Source: Acidobacteriota bacterium (GTDB taxonomy: Bacteria > Acidobacteriota > UBA6911 > JACQSX01). From it: a stretch of 64,000 bases of DNA. This document shows, piece after piece, positions 58,416 through 64,000 of the stretch (the first letter of the stretch is position 1; each line of letters begins with the position of its first letter). The position numbers and the translations under genes are program-made. The DNA is taken from positions 31,850 to 95,849 of the forward strand of contig DASXQR010000059.1 in assembly GCA_036507075.1 (NCBI GenBank), read 5' to 3'. The notes under the pieces were generated by a model. The model saw only the letters and a list, made by a program, of their open reading frames with translations, had not been told where the DNA came from and searched no databases.

Positions 58416-59501
58416 TTAGATATAAAACCTGGGGACCCGAGGTCCGATGCGGCACAGGATCTCGAGCGAAATAGTCCCGATCTCGCCCGCCAGATGCGCG
58501 GCGGTTCTCTGATCGTTTATCACCGCAAATTCCGTGTCCAGATCGACATCCATGTCCGTTACATCGACCATGATCAGGTCCATTGTTACCCGACCCAGAA
58601 TCCTGCACGATTTTCCATGCGCCACCACAACTCCGAGATTCGAAAAGCGCCTGGAAAATCCATCCGCATAGCCCACCGCCAGCGCTGCGATACGGGTGGG
58701 TCGAACCGTCACAAAGGTCCGGGAATAGGAAATCGGCGTCCCTGCAGGCACTTCCTGGATTTGCAGCGCTTTTGTTTTCCAGGACAGCACGGGCCGGGCG
58801 TCAATGGGAAGAGAATCGGGAACGTGATTGTAACCGTAGAGGATGATGCCCGGGCGAACCAGATTGAAATGCGCTTCACGGAATCTCAATCCGGTGCTAT
58901 TGGCCATGTGCCGCAGCGGGTAAGATCGATTCCTCGTGGCCGCTTCAAACTTTTCCAGTTGCTGTCGTGAGAAAGCTTCGCCGGCTTCGTCCGATGAAGA
59001 AAAATGCGAGAAGGCGCCCGTGATCTCGACGTTGCTCTGGTTCAGGCGCCGGTGCACGGACTCCATTTCCGTTTCAGACAGGCCCAGGCGATTCATTCCA
59101 GAATTGAAATAAAGGTGCGCTCGGTGCGGTCTTTCCGACTGCTTCAGCCGGTCACATTCTTCCAGCGAGTGGATCGTGACGGTCAGATTTTGATCAGAAG
59201 CAAGGCGTTCCTGGGAGCGAGGAATTCCAAACAACACGAGGATTTCCGAATCGATGCCGTTCTGCCGCAGCTCTGTCCCCTCTTCGACTGTGGCAACTCC
59301 GAAGAACCGAACGCCCAGCGTCTGGAGAAATTGCGAGACCGTTATGGCGCCGTGTCCATAAGCGTTGGCTTTGACAATGCAACAGAGGTCGACCCGCGGA
59401 TAACCCACGTGACGGCGGATTGCCTGCACATTGTGCTCCAAACGCGACAGTGACACTTCAGCCCAGCAGGGGCGAAGGCTGGAGGGAAGAGGAAAACTCA
59501 C
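58416..59501 (-). CDS. alr: Alanine racemase
   Basis: VKANAYGHG, SGMNRLG, SHF, RPGI.LYG, GYADG, GRVTMD. Confidence 0.96.
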   Translation of the reverse strand: MSFPLPSSLRPCWAEVSLSRLEHNVQAIRRHVGYPRVDLCCIVKANAYGHGAITVSQFLQTLGVRFFGVATVEEGTELRQNGIDSEILVLFGIPRSQERLASDQNLTVTIHSLEECDRLKQSERPHRAHLYFNSGMNRLGLSETEMESVHRRLNQSNVEITGAFSHFSSSDEAGEAFSRQQLEKFEAATRNRSYPLRHMANSTGLRFREAHFNLVRPGIILYGYNHVPDSLPIDARPVLSWKTKALQIQEVPAGTPISYSRTFVTVRPTRIAALAVGYADGFSRRFSNLGVVVAHGKSCRILGRVTMDLIMVDVTDMDVDLDTEFAVINDQRTAAHLAGEIGTISLEILCRIGPRVPRFYI

Positions 59502-59502
59502 T

Positions 59503-60849
59503 TTATCTTGAGAGATTCTCGAATTTGGTGTACTCGCCGAGAAATACCAGCTCGATGGATCCTGTGGGTCCGTTGCGCTGTTTGCCGATAATCAACTCGA
59601 CGATCCGGTCGTCGCCCGCCCCATCCTCCGGTTCGGCGTGTGTGGACGGCTTGTATAAGAACATCACCAGATCGGCATCCTGCTCGATGGATCCGCTCTC
59701 TCGCAAATCGGAGAGTTGCGGCTTATGGTCCCCCCGCCGCTGTTCCGGCGCGCGGCTGAGTTGAGAAATCGCCATCACGGGAATATTCAGTTCTTTGGCG
59801 AGTCCTTTCAGTGATCTGGAGATCGCCGAGATTTCCTGTTGCCGGTTCTCATAGCGTCCGCGCCCGGACATCAGTTGCAAATAATCGACAACCACCAGGT
59901 CCAGGCCGGCATCAACTTTCAAGCGGCGCGCCTTGGATCGCATTTCCACAATGCCGATGCCTGGGGTATCGTCGATAAAGATTTTGGCTTCCGAAAGTTC
60001 TTCCGCGGCGCGCACCACCTTGGCGATCCCCTCGCGTCCCAGCGTGCCGTTGCGCGCGCGGCTGGAGTTCTGCCTGGCTCTGGAACAAAGGAGGCGGTGC
60101 ACTAACTGGCTTCCCGCCATCTCCAGGCTGAATACTCCCACCACCATGCCCTTGTCGACGGCCACGTGTTCAGCCACGTTCAGACAGAAGCTTGTCTTGC
60201 CCAGCCCGGGGCGCGCCGCGACAATAATCAGGTCCGAAGGCTGGAATCCCGAAGTCAGCGGATCAAGATCGTGGAAGCCCGAAGGTATTCCAGTGATCAT
60301 CTCGGGATGCCCGACGCGCTGCTCGATGCTGGCAAGCGACTGCTTCAGCAACTGATTGATTTCAATGAAGCCGGTCTGGATATTGTCTTCACTGATGTCG
60401 AAGATCGATTTTTCGGCCTGCTCCAGAATATCCAGCGCATCCTCCTCGGTGCTGAAGCTGCGCAGAATGATTTCATTGGCCGAGTAAATCAGCCGGCGCA
60501 GAATCGATTTATCTTTAACGATTCTGGCATAGTGCTCGATGTTGGAAATGCGGGGGACGCCGTCAATCAGCGAAGCGACATAGGCGGCTCCGCCCACCGA
60601 TTCCAGGTCCCCGGCGCGGGTGAGGGAGTCTTTGAGAGTGATTAAATCAATGGGGCGCGAAGAGGACGATAGATCTTCCATGCAGGCATAGATCTTCTTG
60701 TGGCTATCCAGATAAAAATCATCCCTGGTCAGAAATTCCGCAGCATGGTTGTAGAGCCGATCCTCAAGCAGGATTGCTCCCAACACGGAGCGTTCCGCGT
60801 CCAGGTTGTGGGGCAGTGTCTTTTCCAGTGTGATGTCGCGAGTGGCCAT
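59503..60849 (-). CDS. dnaB: Replicative DNA helicase
   Basis: AARPGLGKT, FSLEM, VDYLQL, SQLSR, DLRESGSIEQDAD, KQRNGP. Confidence 0.98.
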   Translation of the reverse strand: MATRDITLEKTLPHNLDAERSVLGAILLEDRLYNHAAEFLTRDDFYLDSHKKIYACMEDLSSSSRPIDLITLKDSLTRAGDLESVGGAAYVASLIDGVPRISNIEHYARIVKDKSILRRLIYSANEIILRSFSTEEDALDILEQAEKSIFDISEDNIQTGFIEINQLLKQSLASIEQRVGHPEMITGIPSGFHDLDPLTSGFQPSDLIIVAARPGLGKTSFCLNVAEHVAVDKGMVVGVFSLEMAGSQLVHRLLCSRARQNSSRARNGTLGREGIAKVVRAAEELSEAKIFIDDTPGIGIVEMRSKARRLKVDAGLDLVVVDYLQLMSGRGRYENRQQEISAISRSLKGLAKELNIPVMAISQLSRAPEQRRGDHKPQLSDLRESGSIEQDADLVMFLYKPSTHAEPEDGAGDDRIVELIIGKQRNGPTGSIELVFLGEYTKFENLSR

Positions 60850-60958
60850 GGCTGGATACTATCTTAAAAAAACTTCAGCCATTTGTGCGGAACTGATTGG
60901 CCGGCGGCCAAAAAAATTTGTGGAAGAAACCGGAGATATCGTGTGGAAAACCTGTGGA

Positions 60959-61579
60959 TTATTCCTTGCCTTCGCTTTTTGCCCTTTCTTCCTTCTTTTT
61001 GCGGCCGGACTTCCTTTCCCTGGTCTCCTTTTGCGCCTCTTTTTCGGTGCCGGCCTCTGCGGCGGCGGCTTCAGGCGGAGCTTCCTCAGGCGGCGGCGCC
61101 GCCTGGCGTTCGCGAATTCCTTCGTTTTCCTTTTGCGTCTCGCTTACCACATACAGTGGGAACTGAATGCGGACGTCACGGTGCAGCCGGATCGGGATAC
61201 GATAGCTTCCCAGTAGTTTGATTGGCTCGCGCAAATATATCTTCCGACGGTCAATGTTGATGCCCCTGGCGGCGAGCAACTCGCAAAGGTTAGCGGCGGT
61301 TACCGATCCGAAAAGGGCGCCGCTCTCACCGGCTTTCCTGCTGATGACCGCTTCCCACTTCTCCAGCTCGGCGGCCACTATTTCGGAATCGCCCTTTTCC
61401 TTTTGTTCGCGGAGCGCCAACGCCTCCTTCTGCAACTCAAAGGTTTTCAGATTACCGGGTGTGGCTTCCATAGCCAGGTTGCGCCGCAGGAGGTAATTGC
61501 GCGCGTAGCCCACAGCAACTCTGACCACCTGTCCCCGTTTTCCAAGATTGTCGACATCTTCGCGTAAGATAACTTGCAT
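60959..61579 (-). CDS. rplI: 50S ribosomal protein L9 with charged C-terminal extension
   Basis: MQVIL...LG..G..V.V..GYARNYL, LFGSVT. Confidence 0.97.
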   Translation of the reverse strand: MQVILREDVDNLGKRGQVVRVAVGYARNYLLRRNLAMEATPGNLKTFELQKEALALREQKEKGDSEIVAAELEKWEAVISRKAGESGALFGSVTAANLCELLAARGINIDRRKIYLREPIKLLGSYRIPIRLHRDVRIQFPLYVVSETQKENEGIRERQAAPPPEEAPPEAAAAEAGTEKEAQKETRERKSGRKKKEERAKSEGKE

Positions 61580-61686
61580 CTAAAGCTCCAGTTGTTCGAA
61601 CCTTACCCAGTTGTCTGGTCCGGCTTGGTGCCTTGGTGGTTGATCTTTTTTTTGAACCAACAAGCCTGCTGACCTTGATGTTCGCC

Positions 61687-61968
61687 TTAATCCGCAGTGA
61701 AGGGGATTAACGCCAGATGGCGGGCTCGCTTGATGGCCTCGGTCAACTTTCGCTGATGCGTGGCGCACACTCCTGAAATACGGCGCGGCAGGATCTTGCC
61801 TCTTTCCGGAATGAACGGACCAAGAAGCCGCTGATCTTTGAAATCAATATAGTCAATTTTCTCGGCGCAAAACTTGCAGAACCGCTTGCGCCGCACCATG
61901 AATCGCTTTGGCCCCGTGGTCTTGCTGTCACCTGAAGCCTGGCGGCCCCGCCTTCTTTGCATCGGCAT
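61687..61968 (-). CDS. rpsR: 30S ribosomal protein S18 (zinc-binding C+ form)
   Basis: CKFC, IDFKD, GKILPRR..G.C..HQ, AIKRAR. Confidence 0.97.
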   Translation of the reverse strand: MPMQRRRGRQASGDSKTTGPKRFMVRRKRFCKFCAEKIDYIDFKDQRLLGPFIPERGKILPRRISGVCATHQRKLTEAIKRARHLALIPFTAD

Positions 61969-61971
61969 AAA

Positions 61972-62376
61972 TCACTCCATCGGGGCGCTTTCCACTTCCG
62001 GCGCCACTGTCCTTGCGTGTACACGAGTTCTGCCACGCTTTGCCTTCTTGTTCTCACGGCGGGTTTTCATTTTCTGCTGCCGTTTCAGTTCCTTGTCGAC
62101 GCGCACGGAGAGAAAACGAATCACTGAATCTGTGACCCGGAAGCGGCGCTCCAGCTCCGCGACCGCTTCACCGGTGTCTTCGACGGTGAGAACTGTATAG
62201 TATCCCTCTTTGAACTTGTTGATTTGATAGGCCAGAGGTCTTTTGCCCCACGCGTCAACTTTAACGATTCTACCCTTCTTGGATTCTGCGCTTTTTTTCA
62301 TCTGCTCAATCAGCGCCGTCATGTCCTCGTCGCTCAGGGTGGGAGCGGCGAGAAAAACCACTTCATAGGTTCTCAT
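61972..62376 (-). CDS. rpsF: 30S ribosomal protein S6
   Basis: MRTYE, WGKRPLAY.I, GYY, VIRFL. Confidence 0.97.
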   Translation of the reverse strand: MRTYEVVFLAAPTLSDEDMTALIEQMKKSAESKKGRIVKVDAWGKRPLAYQINKFKEGYYTVLTVEDTGEAVAELERRFRVTDSVIRFLSVRVDKELKRQQKMKTRRENKKAKRGRTRVHARTVAPEVESAPME

Positions 62377-62530
62377 AGACACAGCTTCCTTCAGTTTGAA
62401 AAACCCTAACTATACCAAAACCAGCCCAGGCAGGGTAAAGAGCTTTTGCACCACAAAGACACCAAGGCACAAAGTGAGCCTTCCTGGTCGCTTTGTGCCT
62501 TGGTGTCTTTGTGGTGAAAAGGTACCTACC

Positions 62531-63790
62531 CTAGAAGAACACGAAGGTTAGCGCTACAAATATCGGGATCAAAACTCCTATGCTGTAAAGCATGTAGCCG
62601 AAAAAACTGGGCATTTTCAGACCGCTTTCGCTGGCCACCGTCCGAACCATGAAATTAGGAGCGTTTCCGATATAGGTATTGGCTCCCATGAAAACCGACC
62701 CCAGGCTGATGGCGCGCAACACCGCTTCAGTGACACCGGCGACTTCATTGGGCATGTTCAGCCCGCGAGCCACATTGAGAAAAACCAGATAAGTGGGGGT
62801 ATTGTCCAGGAACGATGACAAACTTCCAGCGATCCAGAAAAAATGCCAGGGCTGCGAGATTCCCAAATCGGCGGCCCTGGCGCGAAGAATGTCCAGCGCC
62901 GGAATCATGGTCAGAAAAATCCCAAAGAAAACCACCAATACCTCAACAATGGGATAGTACGTAAACTTGTTGGCCCGGCGAATTTCCGGCGGCGTGGTCC
63001 GGAGGCACAAGCCGGCCGCGGCCAGCATGGCCAATTCCCGGTAAGGAGCATGAAGAAAGGCGACAGACAGAATAACCGCCAGCAGAAAGAGCACGTTATG
63101 AAGGCCCATGAGACGAAGCGGCTTGATCCGAAGCTTGTCGCGCATCAACGCCGCGGTCGGCTCGCGCGAAAACATCACGGAATCCCAGATGAAATACACC
63201 AGCAGCAGCAGAATGGCGGTGCCGAGCCACTCCTCCCACAGGCCGAGCGTCCAGACAAAGGGGACGCCTTCCAGATATCCCACAAACAAAGGAGGATCCC
63301 CTATCGGCGTAAGACAGCCCCCGATGTTGGAAACAAGAAAAATGAAGAAAATAACGGTGTGAACCTTGCGAGTTCTTTCCGCATTGGTCTGCAGCACCGG
63401 TCGAATCATCAGCAACGAAGCGCCCGTAGTTCCGATCAGCGATGCAAGCACCGTTCCTACCGCCAAAAAAGCGGTGTTCGTCTGTGGAGTCGCGCGCAGA
63501 TCCCCAGTAAGCAGGATTCCGCCCGCCACGACATAGAGTGAGGCCAGCAGGATGATAAAGGAAAGGAATTCAAGCAGTGTTTCCAGCAGAGTGTGCGGGC
63601 TCTTTTGCAGGTAAAAAAAGAACACCGGCGCGCCCAGCAACAGCGAAAGAACGAGCTTGTTCCAGTGCACTTCCCACCAGTGACTCAGCACCAGGGGAAA
63701 AACAGCGATGCTGGCCAGCATCAATGCGAACGGGAGAATCCAAAACAAGGATAGCGAACTTCCAAGGGAGGCGGCAGCGGCGTTGGTCAT
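62531..63790 (-). CDS. Ion-transporter superfamily protein (putative Na+/H+ antiporter or citrate transporter)
   Basis: Multi-TM protein with IGTTGAS, SNIGGCLTPIGDPPLF, SSFLDNTPTY, YIGNAPNFMV. Confidence 0.88.
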   Translation of the reverse strand: MTNAAAASLGSSLSLFWILPFALMLASIAVFPLVLSHWWEVHWNKLVLSLLLGAPVFFFYLQKSPHTLLETLLEFLSFIILLASLYVVAGGILLTGDLRATPQTNTAFLAVGTVLASLIGTTGASLLMIRPVLQTNAERTRKVHTVIFFIFLVSNIGGCLTPIGDPPLFVGYLEGVPFVWTLGLWEEWLGTAILLLLVYFIWDSVMFSREPTAALMRDKLRIKPLRLMGLHNVLFLLAVILSVAFLHAPYRELAMLAAAGLCLRTTPPEIRRANKFTYYPIVEVLVVFFGIFLTMIPALDILRARAADLGISQPWHFFWIAGSLSSFLDNTPTYLVFLNVARGLNMPNEVAGVTEAVLRAISLGSVFMGANTYIGNAPNFMVRTVASESGLKMPSFFGYMLYSIGVLIPIFVALTFVFF

Positions 63791-64000
63791 TGGTCAGTTT
63801 TCACCACAAAGGCCCAGCGCAGCCGCAGGCCGCAACCAAAGAAAAAGCCGTCTACGTTTACGTCACTGCTGTCCAAATTAGCCGGCATTCTTGTACTCAC
63901 GTTAATGTTTTCCTCGGTACTGGTTGGATTTTGTCCCCGTGCCGTGTCCAGGCCTATCCAAACATGGTACGGCCGACCTAAAGCCCGCCGCTTTTGGGCG

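Noticed and set aside
61687..62376. Missing ssb/priB between rpsF and rpsR, and an S6:S18 leader RNA
   Set aside because: Direct rpsF-rpsR adjacency is common, and I could not recognise the leader structure.

Overview
A 64-kb GC-rich bacterial chromosomal segment, probably Acidobacteriota (inferred from the acidobacterial-type VWA protein, Tat-exported Gfo/Idh/MocA proteins, Ser/Thr kinase-TPR receptor, aroD-aroE fusion and repeat-rich intergenic DNA). About 1-30 kb is accessory: sulfatase, PAS kinases, an SSS transporter, secreted glycan-active enzymes, oxidoreductases, PLP enzymes, RidA, an acyl-CoA synthetase and sppA. The middle holds pdxR-pdxS-pdxT, a deacetylase, and an FHA-GAF-PP2C phosphatase facing a kinase/peptide/radical-SAM cassette. 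About 43-64 kb is mostly housekeeping: Rieske/cytochrome bc, aroDE, pgsA, uvrC, tdk, suhB, ispDF, radA, alr, dnaB, rplI, rpsR, rpsF. The best candidate for an undescribed system is at 36.7-41.4 kb. A radical SAM/SPASM enzyme sits downstream of a 71-aa candidate precursor (tail GCGVMWPR). Upstream of that is a paralogous 'leader-only' peptide sharing a GADP helical hairpin, and a membrane Ser/Thr kinase-TPR receptor precedes both. Also notable are a probable selenoprotein (in-frame UGA at the catalytic Cys of a CTP-synthase-like GATase, followed by a SECIS-like hairpin), a shared C-terminal RRRP tag on two secreted enzymes, an exported triple-RidA next to a Tat-exported PLP enzyme, and orphan gene tails beside repeat arrays. 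No rRNA, tRNA, CRISPR array or transposase was recognised. All assignments are by eye from motifs; no searches were run.
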